This document shows positions 47,293 through 56,978 of a DNA stretch of 64,000 nt, in pieces. Location of the stretch: NCBI GenBank assembly GCA_964519305.1, contig CAZFHY010000014.1, forward strand, positions 47,448 to 111,447, given 5' to 3'. The notes beneath the pieces are model-generated. The model saw only the letters and a program-made list of their open reading frames with translations. It was not told where the DNA came from and did no database searches. The position numbers and the translations under genes are program-made. This DNA comes from Candidatus Undinarchaeota archaeon. Lineage in GTDB: Archaea > SpSt-1190 > JASMDC01. Every line of letters starts with the position of its first letter. The stretch's first letter is position 1.

Positions 47293-50073
47293 ATGGAAAG
47301 ACAGAGGAGTGTCGCGGTCTTTGTGGCCTTCCTGACGCTCCTTTTTCCAATTTCCGGGCTGGACGAACCGACGTTCGACTCGACCGTCTTTCTGGCATCG
47401 CTCCTCCCCGGTACGATCGACTGTCCTCCGGGCATGGTCCGCGTTGACGCCTTCTGGGGGAGCTTCTGCATCGACCAGTACGAGGCGTCCCGGGACGACC
47501 GTATGTGGCCGGTATCTCTTGCTGGCCGGAACCCGTGGACCAATATTACGTGGGAAAGGGCGCGGTTCGCATGCGGGCTCTCGGGAAAACGCCTGTGCAC
47601 CGGTAGGGAATGGCTCGCTGCATGCGACCTCCAGGGTCAGAAGTACGATCTCACACAGGAGGGGACAGCGGAGCTTTTCGATTGTTTCACTTACTGCTCC
47701 AACTGCACGCTCGTAGCGATCGCGAACCACGATACTGGTATGCATCCCGAGTGCAGGTCGGGCTCCAATGCCTTTGATATGGTCGGGAACGTATGGGAGT
47801 GGGTCGAAGAGACGGTGCCTGATCACGGCTGGTCCGGTTCGGAGCGGTCCGTGGGCGACGTGCTCGGCAAGGATCCCAAGCGGTACGGGAACGACCATGT
47901 ATACCCTCCTCTCGATGGTTCGGGTAAGGGGTACCCGGTCAGGCGTGGCGGCTCGTGGAGCACAATATCCTTCCAGGGGGCCGAGCGGGCGGGTTGCTTC
48001 TCGCTCAATTTCGCGAACAGCGAGCCTGACGTGCGCACCGGTTACCGGTGCTGTTACGGTTTCGATTCAAGCCCCCTCCCCACCGGGACGCTCGCCGATG
48101 CGCTCGAGGACCGCAACAGCCTCTTCCTGGAGAGCATGCGCCAGGGTATCGACCTCTCCCAAGAAGAGCGGTTCCAGGAAGCACTGATCGCCTTCGAGGA
48201 TGCTCGCGCCATCTCGCCAGCTAGCAGCGAGGCCAATAACGGTCGTGCTGTCGCTCTGGCGGGACTTGACCGCTTGGACGCGGCACTCGCGGTGGTTGAC
48301 AGCGTCCTGGACAACGATCCGGACGACACCTACTCGCTCGCAAACAAGGGTGCGTTCCTTATCCGTGCGAAGCGGTACGAGGACGCGATAAACACCTACG
48401 ACCTCCTGCTCGAGGTCATTCCCGGGGATGAACGGGCCATCGGTAACCGTGAGTATGCTCTCGTCGCCATGGCTGCCGGGACCAACGCAACGTCTTCGCC
48501 GGTCCCCTCCCCTGAACCGCCTGTACCCACGCCGACGGCCGATCCCACAACGGTCACCGGGCCTACGACCACGCCGGCTCCGACCGTGGAGGTCGAGGGG
48601 CCTTCGGTCCAACCGTGTCCGGGTAACCGCCTCCACTGCGAGGGGAAGTGCGTCGATACCACGAGCGATCCAAGGAACTGCGGCGGATGCGGGATATCAT
48701 GCATCGTCCCCCAGGCCGCAGTGGGATGCTCGGGCGGTGTCTGTTCGCTCATCGAATGTATGCCCGGGTACGTTAGCTGTGACCTTCGCCGGGAGACCGG
48801 GTGCGAGACCTTCGTTCGAACCGATCCTGAGAACTGTGGTGGATGTAAATTCCGGTGTCCTGTGGGGGAGGCATGCGTTGAAGGGACCTGTACGGTGCTG
48901 ACGGCCGAACCCGAGGTGTCCGCGGTCCCACCGGAGGAGTCGTGCGAGGACGATAATCCTTGCACGCGTAGCACGGGTACGGATGGCGTCTGTGAGGTCG
49001 TTGCCGTGAACTGCGGCCATTCCTGCGGTGAAGGTCGCGTCTGCGATGGTGACACCGCGTGCGTCCCGCTCAGCGACATCGATGAGCCCTGTGTATGTGC
49101 TGCCATGTGCACTCCGGGCCTGACGTGTACTTCCAACGGCTGCAGCCGTGTCATATCCTCGTGCGGTGATGGGCGATGCGAGCCCGGCGAGTGCTCGGAA
49201 TGCCCTGACGACTGCTCCCCGATCAATTGCGCGGGGAACGGCCGTTGCGACAGCGCGGTCGGAGAGACGTGCGCCACCGCCAGGACCGACTGCCTCTGTG
49301 CCCAGGGACTTGTCTGCAAGCCAGAGAACGAGGGCGCTCTGAAGAACGGGTGCTACGAGGTCGTGTGCGGTGACAAGAGCTGTGATTACCCCGAGACCGC
49401 CGTCGGATGCTGCCTTGACTGCCCCTGCCCTGAGGGTTTTGGCTGTCATGAGGTGACACAGATGTGCATGCTCACGTGTGGCAATGGTCGATGCGATGAA
49501 TGGGAATGCAACACGTGCATACGGGACTGCGGCTGTGATGATTGCCGTTGCTCGTTCATCGTGAGCATGATCGACGAGGTCCAGCTGAAGGTGGGCGGAA
49601 GTCACGAGCTATCGTTCATCATCCGCAACACGGGCATTGTCCAGGACACCTATACGATCGGTGTCACCTCGCCCATCGAGGCGGGCTGGCTCGGCGAGCG
49701 AACTGTGCGGCTGGAGCCGGGGGAGGATGAGGAGTTCACCCTCCATCTCCACCCCAAACAATCCGGGAGGTTCAAGATAGTCGTCCACATCGAGGCCTGG
49801 GGGACTCACGAGAAAAAAGAGTTCTTCACCGATGCTACTGTCTCCCGCCAGGGGCTCCTGGAACGCGTGCTCGGCGGACTGGCCCCGCTCCTGGGGCTCA
49901 AGGACCTTGCCGAGATCCTCCTCATCAGCGTATCGCTCGTGTTCGCGGGCCGACGCTATCTACAGTATCGACGGAACCTCGATGCGATGGCCCGACATAC
50001 CAATACTCTCAACCGTATGCGTACTCCGCCCTCGGGCGGGGGGGGACAGGGATATGCCAACAGACACTACTGA
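47293..50073 (+). CDS. Mosaic membrane-anchored surface protein: FGE-sulfatase (C-type lectin fold), TPR, P/T linker, Cys-rich repeats, Ig-like domain, TM
   Basis: CPPGMV, FCIDQYE, GKRLCT..EW..AC, DMVGNVWEWV, RGGSW, GYRCC; TPR-like helices; DPRNCGGC and CGDGRC repeats; C-terminal TM. Confidence 0.85.
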   Translation: MERQRSVAVFVAFLTLLFPISGLDEPTFDSTVFLASLLPGTIDCPPGMVRVDAFWGSFCIDQYEASRDDRMWPVSLAGRNPWTNITWERARFACGLSGKRLCTGREWLAACDLQGQKYDLTQEGTAELFDCFTYCSNCTLVAIANHDTGMHPECRSGSNAFDMVGNVWEWVEETVPDHGWSGSERSVGDVLGKDPKRYGNDHVYPPLDGSGKGYPVRRGGSWSTISFQGAERAGCFSLNFANSEPDVRTGYRCCYGFDSSPLPTGTLADALEDRNSLFLESMRQGIDLSQEERFQEALIAFEDARAISPASSEANNGRAVALAGLDRLDAALAVVDSVLDNDPDDTYSLANKGAFLIRAKRYEDAINTYDLLLEVIPGDERAIGNREYALVAMAAGTNATSSPVPSPEPPVPTPTADPTTVTGPTTTPAPTVEVEGPSVQPCPGNRLHCEGKCVDTTSDPRNCGGCGISCIVPQAAVGCSGGVCSLIECMPGYVSCDLRRETGCETFVRTDPENCGGCKFRCPVGEACVEGTCTVLTAEPEVSAVPPEESCEDDNPCTRSTGTDGVCEVVAVNCGHSCGEGRVCDGDTACVPLSDIDEPCVCAAMCTPGLTCTSNGCSRVISSCGDGRCEPGECSECPDDCSPINCAGNGRCDSAVGETCATARTDCLCAQGLVCKPENEGALKNGCYEVVCGDKSCDYPETAVGCCLDCPCPEGFGCHEVTQMCMLTCGNGRCDEWECNTCIRDCGCDDCRCSFIVSMIDEVQLKVGGSHELSFIIRNTGIVQDTYTIGVTSPIEAGWLGERTVRLEPGEDEEFTLHLHPKQSGRFKIVVHIEAWGTHEKKEFFTDATVSRQGLLERVLGGLAPLLGLKDLAEILLISVSLVFAGRRYLQYRRNLDAMARHTNTLNRMRTPPSGGGGQGYANRHY

Positions 50074-51328
50074 TCCGCGATCGTCCCTCGGGCAGGTCGC
50101 TCGGGACCTCTCCGCCCAGGCAAGGGGCCGTGAGGCCGATGTCGTCGGCCGGTACGGCGGCGCCCTCGGTAGCGAAGATACGAAGCGCTACCTGCGCCAG
50201 CGGGCGAAAGCGGTCGAGCGCGTAGTATCGCTCGGTGCCGTGCTCGATCACATGGACAACTGCCTGTACTACGGAGCCCTATCGCCGGGATGCGAGCTGT
50301 GCCGCAGGGGTTCGTGGGACTGCGTGTACGTGACCCATGCCTGCACCCGCTCATGCTTCTTCTGCGCCCAGTCCCGGACGAGCTCCACGCCCCTGCCCAA
50401 CGTGGGTGGGGAACATTTCAGCGCGCCGGACGGTCTAGTTGCCCACGAGCGGGAACGCGGGAACGACGGGTGTGCGCTATCGGGGGGCGATCCTCTCTGC
50501 CGTCCGGACGAGTCACTGGCGATGATCCGGGCGATGAGGTCGTCCTTCGGCCCATCGTTCCGCATATGGCTCTATACCAACGGTGACCTGCTCACGCCCG
50601 ACCTTCTCACCCGGCTCAAGGACGCCGGTCTCGACGAGCTGCGCTTCAACATCGCGGGGAAGGCCTACGATGTAAAGGCTCTCGAGCTTGCCCGTGACGT
50701 CATCGACCGGATCGCAGTGGAGATCCCCATGATACCTGAGGACGAGGAGCGACTTCGACGCCTGCTCCCTGTGTTCAAGGACGTGGGTGTCGATCACATA
50801 AACCTGCACGAGCTCGTGTACACACCGGACAACGTCGATCGGCTCAGCGAGCGGGGGTACCAGTGCATGACCGGTGCCTCGCCCATGGACCGATATGTCG
50901 AGAACCGTCCTGTCCTGGGCAGTGAACTGACCGCACTGCGGCTGCTTGAGCACAACATCCGGTCGGGTATCCGGCTACCTATCAACATCTGCTCCTACTG
51001 CTACAAGGTCAACGTCCAGATCCCGGCCCTTCGCCGCCGCGATTCCCGGCTGGTGGTCCGGCCTCACGAGCGTGTCGGGTACGACGGGATGTGCGAGACC
51101 CTGCTGGTCAAGGGGCCTCCGCCGCTCATGACGAAGGTCGAGAGCTTCCTCCTGGGCCGGGGTGTAGCACGCGATGCCGTTCGTCGACAGCGTGACCGGC
51201 TCTACGTCCACCCGCGCCATGCGGGGGATGTGAAGGAACTGGAAGGCCTGCCTGGCGTGGAGAGCGGATTGCTGCGGACCCAGCCGACCCAGGGGCCCGA
51301 ACGCAACGACGTCGAGCTCCGGTTATGA
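50054..51328 (+). CDS. Radical SAM protein (COG2108-like)
   Basis: LSPGCELC, CTRSCFFC (CxxxCxxC), SGGDP, LYTNG, GLDELRFN; start MPTDT at 50054. Confidence 0.9.
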   Translation: MPTDTTDPRSSLGQVARDLSAQARGREADVVGRYGGALGSEDTKRYLRQRAKAVERVVSLGAVLDHMDNCLYYGALSPGCELCRRGSWDCVYVTHACTRSCFFCAQSRTSSTPLPNVGGEHFSAPDGLVAHERERGNDGCALSGGDPLCRPDESLAMIRAMRSSFGPSFRIWLYTNGDLLTPDLLTRLKDAGLDELRFNIAGKAYDVKALELARDVIDRIAVEIPMIPEDEERLRRLLPVFKDVGVDHINLHELVYTPDNVDRLSERGYQCMTGASPMDRYVENRPVLGSELTALRLLEHNIRSGIRLPINICSYCYKVNVQIPALRRRDSRLVVRPHERVGYDGMCETLLVKGPPPLMTKVESFLLGRGVARDAVRRQRDRLYVHPRHAGDVKELEGLPGVESGLLRTQPTQGPERNDVELRL

Positions 51329-51658
51329 GCGCAGAAGCTTTCGTGGAGCAAGCCGCACGCTACCGTGGCCGATGGCGATCTCCACGGTCTTCCCGTAGAT
51401 AGTGATCCTGCCGTCCCGGACCTCCACCACGTTCCCCAGCCGGAACCGGCCGGCGTCCTCACCCCACAGGACTAGCCTGACGCGGGGACCGCCCTCCGGG
51501 TCCTCGACCTCGAGGCGCTGGCGGGCGACCGTGCGTCCGTCCTTGGTCGTGACCTCCTTGACCTGCTCGGACGAGACTATCCGAGCGCGCACGTTCATGT
51601 TCACAGTGAACGGCTTGAGGTCGGCGACCCGGGTCCACTTCATGGTGGTCCTTCCCAT
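51323..51658 (-). CDS. Single OB-fold ssDNA-binding protein (SSB/RPA-like)
   Basis: VADLKP..NVRARIV...TKDG....VED..G.VRLVLW.E.A. Confidence 0.8.
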   Translation of the reverse strand: MGRTTMKWTRVADLKPFTVNMNVRARIVSSEQVKEVTTKDGRTVARQRLEVEDPEGGPRVRLVLWGEDAGRFRLGNVVEVRDGRITIYGKTVEIAIGHGSVRLAPRKLLRS

Positions 51659-51685
51659 GGCACAGATTTAAGAATCATCCCGCCG

Positions 51686-54163
51686 GTGGCGGACGTGATG
51701 CTCCTGGCCATCCATGGACACGATCGTAAGGCCGGGACCTGGCGTGTCGAGCATATCCGTGCTCCACGTGCTGCATCGGTCCGCCGCATCGATCCAGTAC
51801 GCCGGATGACGGTGAGGATGGACATGTCCGACCTAACTCCGGTGAAGTACTACACCGATGTCGAGGGCCGTCGTGAGTTCGACGAGCCCCGGTCATTCAT
51901 CGCACATCTTCGTGAGGCCAAGCACATCCTCCTCGAGGACGACTCGCTCGCACCATTGCTCGAGCACTACCGGCTGGATAGCGAGAAGGTATCGTTCTGC
52001 CGGCACTGCTTCCTTGCGGAACGGGCCACCGTGCTGGACGAGAGCGATATCCAATGGGGATCCGAACGGCTGTGCCTGGACTGCGCGGAGCACGAGATGA
52101 AGCACGAGTTCCGCAGCTGGTTCGGCAGGGACGTGGAATCGGACCTCAAGCCGTTCATCAAGAAGGCGGGGGAGCTGGACGCCGCGATGAAGCTCTTCGA
52201 TCCCCGCGTCGATCCTCTGACCACGCCCGAGAAGAGCCTTCACTCGGTCGTTAAGGCCAAGAGGGACGCTGTGGACTGCCTGCAGATGTCCGGCCTCCCG
52301 ATCCCTGACGGCATGAAGGCCGCCCTGAAGAAGGTCGGTGTCAAGGAGCTCACGCCGGTCCAATCCCTCGCTGTCAAGGCAGGGCTCCTGGACGGGAAGG
52401 ACCTTCTCGTCGTCTCTGCCACGGCCTCGGGAAAGACCCTGGTAGGTGAGCTCGCAGGCGTGACCCGGGCGCTCGATGGTCGCCGGCTCCTGTTCCTCGT
52501 GCCCCTGGTGGCGTTGGCCAACCAGAAGTACCACGAGTTCACCGAGCGGTACGGCCCTCTGGGGCTCACCATATCCCTGCGCGTGGGCTTCTCGCGCCTT
52601 GAGTCCGTGTCCGGTGTGAACAGGGACCATGCAGCGGATATCGTGGTCGGGACGTACGAGGGGGTGGACCACCTCATGCGCTGCGGCACTAAGCCCGACA
52701 ACGTGGGCTGCGTCGTCATCGACGAGGTCCACATGCTCGGTTCGGACGAACGGGGTCCCAGGCTCGACGGCTTCCTGGCGCGACTACGGACGTTCTACCC
52801 GGACGCCCAGTTCGTGGGTCTGTCGGCCTCGGTCGGAAACCCGCGGCGTCTAGCCGAATCACTTGGGGCCGAGCTCGTGGAGCATGCCGGTCGGCCGGTC
52901 GCCCTGGAACGCCACCTTGTCATCGTGCGCGATGCCAACGACAAGCAACGCCAGCTGGAACGGTACTGCTCCCGCGAGTGGAACATGCGGGCCAAGGGTG
53001 GCGTGCGAGGCCAGTCGCTCGTGTTCACCAATGCCCGTCGCAAGGCCGAGGAGCAGGCAAGGACGTTGACAAAGGCCGGCATCCCGTCCAAGGCCTACCA
53101 CTCCGGCCTCACATACGCGAAACGCAAGGAGGTCGAGCGCGAGTTCATGTCGCGCAAGATCGGCGCGGTCGTGAGCACCGCGGCGCTCGGTGCGGGGGTC
53201 GACTTCCCCGCGTCGCAGGTCGTGTTCGAGTCGCTGGCCATGGGTATAGAGTGGCTCACCGTGCAGGAGTTCCAGCAGATGGCGGGACGCGCGGGCCGAC
53301 CTACCTACCATTCCCGGGGGCTCGCCGTTGTGCTCGCGGAAGTGGGACGCGGCCTCCACCCGGCGATAGGTGGCACTGAGGAATCGATGGCGTTCCGGCT
53401 CATGGAGGGCACCCTCGAACCGGTGGACGTGGAGTACTCCCGGGACGCGGATGACGAACAGGTGCTCGCGACGATGGTATGCGGCGTGCCCGCTGACGAA
53501 GTGGACGATCTGCTCCGGCGGTCGGTGGGCTTTGACACCGACGTGGGTCCCGTCATCGAACGGCTCGAGCGCGAGGGCTTGGTCGCGAACGGGCGGCCCA
53601 CGCCCCTGGGCGAGGTCGCGTCACGGCACTTCCTGACGATCGAACAGGTATCTCTCATGGTGGGGACGCTGGACAAGGAGCCCGAGGAGTTCGTGGAACG
53701 AGCGCGCCCCTTCGAGCGTGCCTACCTGGGTCAGGGCCTTTCCCGAACGATCGAGGGGATACTGGGCATCCGGGCGCCACAACGTTTCTTCGACGGAAGG
53801 TTCCTCGACATCTACCAGCGGAACCGGGACCAGCTCGAAGCACGCATGGGACGGTACGTGCGCATGGTCACGCAGGCGTTCTTCTCCTGCCATTGCAAGG
53901 GACGTCCCTTCTGCGGGTGTCCGGAGCGACAGTTCACCAACTACTTCCTGACCCTTCGTCGCCGCGGTCTCGATCCCCGCGCCATGGTGAAGCAGGCAAA
54001 GAAGGACTACTGGCTGAAGGTGTACTCGGGCGATGTCATCCGCTGGCTGGACGATGTCATCCGCTGGCTCGAGGCCAGGGAGGCGGTTGCACGGATCCAG
54101 GGCGAGGGTGATGTCGGACGAGAGACCCGGGAATTGCTCAATAAATTACAAGGTAGGATATGA
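51686..54163 (+). CDS. Archaea-specific superfamily II DEAD/DEAH helicase (COG1202-like)
   Basis: ATASGKT, PLVALANQK, DEVH, SAS, YHSGL, QMAGRAGRP, C-terminal CHCKGRPFCGC. Confidence 0.93.
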   Translation: MADVMLLAIHGHDRKAGTWRVEHIRAPRAASVRRIDPVRRMTVRMDMSDLTPVKYYTDVEGRREFDEPRSFIAHLREAKHILLEDDSLAPLLEHYRLDSEKVSFCRHCFLAERATVLDESDIQWGSERLCLDCAEHEMKHEFRSWFGRDVESDLKPFIKKAGELDAAMKLFDPRVDPLTTPEKSLHSVVKAKRDAVDCLQMSGLPIPDGMKAALKKVGVKELTPVQSLAVKAGLLDGKDLLVVSATASGKTLVGELAGVTRALDGRRLLFLVPLVALANQKYHEFTERYGPLGLTISLRVGFSRLESVSGVNRDHAADIVVGTYEGVDHLMRCGTKPDNVGCVVIDEVHMLGSDERGPRLDGFLARLRTFYPDAQFVGLSASVGNPRRLAESLGAELVEHAGRPVALERHLVIVRDANDKQRQLERYCSREWNMRAKGGVRGQSLVFTNARRKAEEQARTLTKAGIPSKAYHSGLTYAKRKEVEREFMSRKIGAVVSTAALGAGVDFPASQVVFESLAMGIEWLTVQEFQQMAGRAGRPTYHSRGLAVVLAEVGRGLHPAIGGTEESMAFRLMEGTLEPVDVEYSRDADDEQVLATMVCGVPADEVDDLLRRSVGFDTDVGPVIERLEREGLVANGRPTPLGEVASRHFLTIEQVSLMVGTLDKEPEEFVERARPFERAYLGQGLSRTIEGILGIRAPQRFFDGRFLDIYQRNRDQLEARMGRYVRMVTQAFFSCHCKGRPFCGCPERQFTNYFLTLRRRGLDPRAMVKQAKKDYWLKVYSGDVIRWLDDVIRWLEAREAVARIQGEGDVGRETRELLNKLQGRI

Positions 54164-54174
54164 TTCTGATACTA

Positions 54175-54240
54175 TATCCCAATAATGGGATACAAAATGA
54201 TTGTATTGGGATACAAACAAAGCAATTTCACAAAGCAAAT
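54175..54240. promoter_or_regulatory. Nested inverted and direct repeats in an AT-rich intergenic region (putative operator array)
   Basis: TATCCCA-N4-TGGGATA; ATACAA-N5-TTGTAT; TTGTAT-N4-ATACAA; TGGGATACAAA x2 at 21-bp spacing; ACAAAGCAA x2. Confidence 0.5.
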
Positions 54241-54599
54241 GACAGACTATATGTGGGAGTCTAGACATCGTTATTAACGGGAACAGGGGAATCCCGTCCA
54301 CCCCCCATGGTGACTTAACAATGATTGAACTAACAGTCGTACAACTATCTGTGCTGATGCTGGGCCTGATCTATATCCTTGACCGGCCGATGCTACAGTC
54401 CAATCCGAAACCGTTCTCCAGGGACCTCTGAGCGAACGGTACTTACGGTGCGCAACATGGCCATAGAGAGCGTAATAATCCTGGCGTTCATTGTACTCTC
54501 ACTCCTTGCGCTCGGTGCGGTCTACCTATCGACAGGACAGGGTGAATGGCGGTACGATGCCCGGTTCTCCGATAGAAAATTGGTTCTTGGAGCCGGTGT

Positions 54600-55430
54600 T
54601 CAGCCGAACCTGAACAGGATGCACGGGCCGGCCTTCTTACCGATCCATTTCACAGGTCGTCCCTCCTTGAGGAACACGACCTCCTCGTCGTCGAAGCGGA
54701 CCATGTCGAAATCGGGCAGGTCCAGCGCGGCCGGGCGAAGGGCCACAGTGATATCACGTACCTCGTCGCCATCGACCGCGCCATCAGTGAGGAGCACCTC
54801 CCTCCCGTCACCCAGGTAGAGCAGGGGGGATGTAAGGTGACGCCGCATCTCCTCCTCGAACGCGGGATCGTGCTCTCTCAACAGTTTTCGGACCTTCTTT
54901 CCCAACGCTACTGCCTGCGGGCATGAGTAGGAACAGGGGAAGTTCGAGATGAACCCGTGCCCGGTGATGCCCCGGAGCAGTGAGTGGGCGTGGATGTCGA
55001 ACCGTTCCGAGCGCCGGTGTATCGCTACCGGGATGTCGCGCTTGGGCTGGGCGACGTAGAACTCGATGCAGCACTCGGGGTACCCCAGAACGCTGCCGAG
55101 CCTGGCGATGTGCCCGTCCTCCTCGTGCCGGCGGGCGCGTATGCAGCCTTCCCGAGTCCCGATGTACACTATTCTGCGATCGGCCCCGGGGTGACTGGAG
55201 GGGACCCGCTCGAAGGTGCCTCCCGGGTGGAGGGCCACACGCTCGGTAGAGATGACGAGGTCAAGACCAAGACGCCTGGCCGCCTCCCTGAGCTTCGGGA
55301 CCTCGCTCTCGCGAGCGATGTCGCGGACCGACTCGCGCAGATCCGCCCTGAGGGCGAGAATCTCGCAGAGCATACCGTGGGCGGCGAGCGTTGCCAGAGC
55401 GTCGTCCTCGCCCGATGCTTTCGTCGTCAC
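54600..55430 (-). CDS. DUF483-like protein
   Basis: LGSVLGYPECCIEFY and FPCSYSCPQA motifs. Confidence 0.7.
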   Translation of the reverse strand: MTTKASGEDDALATLAAHGMLCEILALRADLRESVRDIARESEVPKLREAARRLGLDLVISTERVALHPGGTFERVPSSHPGADRRIVYIGTREGCIRARRHEEDGHIARLGSVLGYPECCIEFYVAQPKRDIPVAIHRRSERFDIHAHSLLRGITGHGFISNFPCSYSCPQAVALGKKVRKLLREHDPAFEEEMRRHLTSPLLYLGDGREVLLTDGAVDGDEVRDITVALRPAALDLPDFDMVRFDDEEVVFLKEGRPVKWIGKKAGPCILFRFG

Positions 55431-55475
55431 CGGTGGACTGTCCGCGGCCCAGCTTTATGAACCTGACGGCGAGCG

Positions 55476-56846
55476 CTAGGCGGTCCGCTTGAACCGGGAC
55501 TGGAAGTGCCGCAGGATAGGCGCCTCGTACTCGAAGTCCAGGCCCTGCACGTCATGCCGGCGCTCCCACACGGCAGCGACCGTGTCGGCGATGTAGTCCA
55601 TGTGCTCCTGGGTGTACACCCTGCGGGGGATGGTCAGGCGCGTGAGCTCCAGAGCAGGATGGATGTTCTCCCCTGTGTCCGGATCACGTCCGGCGAGCAG
55701 GGTCCCGATCTCCACGGTGCGTACACCGCCCTCGATGAAGAGCTCCACGCAGAGCGTATGGGCAGGGAACATGTCCTGGGATATGTGCGGGAAGAACGCC
55801 TTGGCGTCTATGTACACGGCATGTCCTCCGACGGGCTTGACGATAGGGACGCCTGCATCCATCAGGCGCTGGCCGAGGTACTCGATCTGTCCGATGCGGT
55901 AGGCGAGGTACGGCTCCTCGATGGCCTCGTACAGGCCGCGAGCCAGTGCCTCGATGTCGCGTCCGTTCATGCCACCGTAGGTGGGGAAGCCCTCGAACAG
56001 AACGCATATGGGACATAGCTGTCTGTACAGCTCCTCGTCGCGCAGGGCAAGGAACCCGCCCATGTTGACGATGGCGTCCTTCTTCGAGCTCATCAGCACA
56101 CCGTCGGCTAGCGAGAAGATGTTGCGCACGATGTCGCGGATGGACTTGTTCTTCTGCTCGGGCTCGCGTGTCTTGATGAACCAGGCGTTCTCTGCGTACC
56201 TGGCCGCGTCGATGTAGAGCGGGACCTTGTGCTCGCGGCAGATGGCCGAGACATCGCGGATGTTCTGGAGAGATACCGGCTGTCCGCCGCCGGAGTTGTT
56301 CGTGATGGTGATCAGAACGTAGGAGACGTTCAACGGGTCCGGCTCGATGGCGGCCCGGAGCTTGTCGAGGTCCAGGTTACCCTTGAACGGGAGCTCGGCC
56401 GCGGGATCGTGGATGGCATCGATGGTGCAGTCCACGGCCCGGCCACCGAGGTGCTCGATGTGCGCCTTCGTGGTGTCGAAATGGATGTTGCCCGGGACGG
56501 TCTGTCCTTCTTTGAGCAGGACGCGGTTGAGCACCTGCTCGGCACCCCTCCCCTGATGGCAGGGCATGACGTACTCGAAGCCCATGATGTCCTTGACGGC
56601 GTTGCGGAGGTTGTGGAAGTTGCGCGATCCTGCGTAGGACTCGTCGCCCAGCATGATGCCCGCCCACTGGTTGTCGCTCATGGCGCCCGTACCGCTGTCA
56701 GTGAGGAGGTCGATGAACACGTCCTTGGAGTTGAGGAGGAACGGATTGAAACCGGCCTCGACGATCGCCCGCTCTCGCTCCTCGCGGGGTATGAGCTTGA
56801 TCGGTTCGACCATCTTGATCTTGAAGGGCGGTATCATCCTTGCCAT
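55476..56846 (-). CDS. tnaA: Tryptophanase (tryptophan indole-lyase)
   Basis: IDLLTDSGT, GDESYAG, HQGRGAE, HFDTT, MSSKKD (PLP Lys). LRHF and FDTT are tryptophanase-type rather than tyrosine phenol-lyase-type. Confidence 0.9.
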   Translation of the reverse strand: MARMIPPFKIKMVEPIKLIPREERERAIVEAGFNPFLLNSKDVFIDLLTDSGTGAMSDNQWAGIMLGDESYAGSRNFHNLRNAVKDIMGFEYVMPCHQGRGAEQVLNRVLLKEGQTVPGNIHFDTTKAHIEHLGGRAVDCTIDAIHDPAAELPFKGNLDLDKLRAAIEPDPLNVSYVLITITNNSGGGQPVSLQNIRDVSAICREHKVPLYIDAARYAENAWFIKTREPEQKNKSIRDIVRNIFSLADGVLMSSKKDAIVNMGGFLALRDEELYRQLCPICVLFEGFPTYGGMNGRDIEALARGLYEAIEEPYLAYRIGQIEYLGQRLMDAGVPIVKPVGGHAVYIDAKAFFPHISQDMFPAHTLCVELFIEGGVRTVEIGTLLAGRDPDTGENIHPALELTRLTIPRRVYTQEHMDYIADTVAAVWERRHDVQGLDFEYEAPILRHFQSRFKRTA

Positions 56847-56978
56847 ACGACGCGCCAGCGGGAGTAGACTTAAAAGGGGACCCGGGAGGCGTGCCACCAT
56901 GGGGCAGGGCCGTGGTATGGCGTACGGGTTCGAAAACTATATATACCGCCTGTCCTGCCGAGATTGTCGGACAGGGCA

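Noticed and set aside
47930-48060. Diversity-generating retroelement target (FGE-sulfatase RGGSW...GYRC variable-region-like segment)
   Set aside because: No reverse transcriptase and no template repeat seen in the window, and the domain is N-terminal. Remote targeting cannot be excluded without the whole genome.
54031-54069. 18-nt direct repeat CGATGTCATCCGCTGGCT in the helicase 3' end
   Set aside because: Two copies in frame (DVIRWL x2) fit local duplication within an amphipathic helix; there are no spacers and no sign of a mobile element.
56847-56940. TnaC-like leader peptide upstream of tryptophanase
   Set aside because: A TTTTAA TATA-like element lies about 25 nt before the ATG, implying a leaderless transcript, and no Trp-containing uORF was found.
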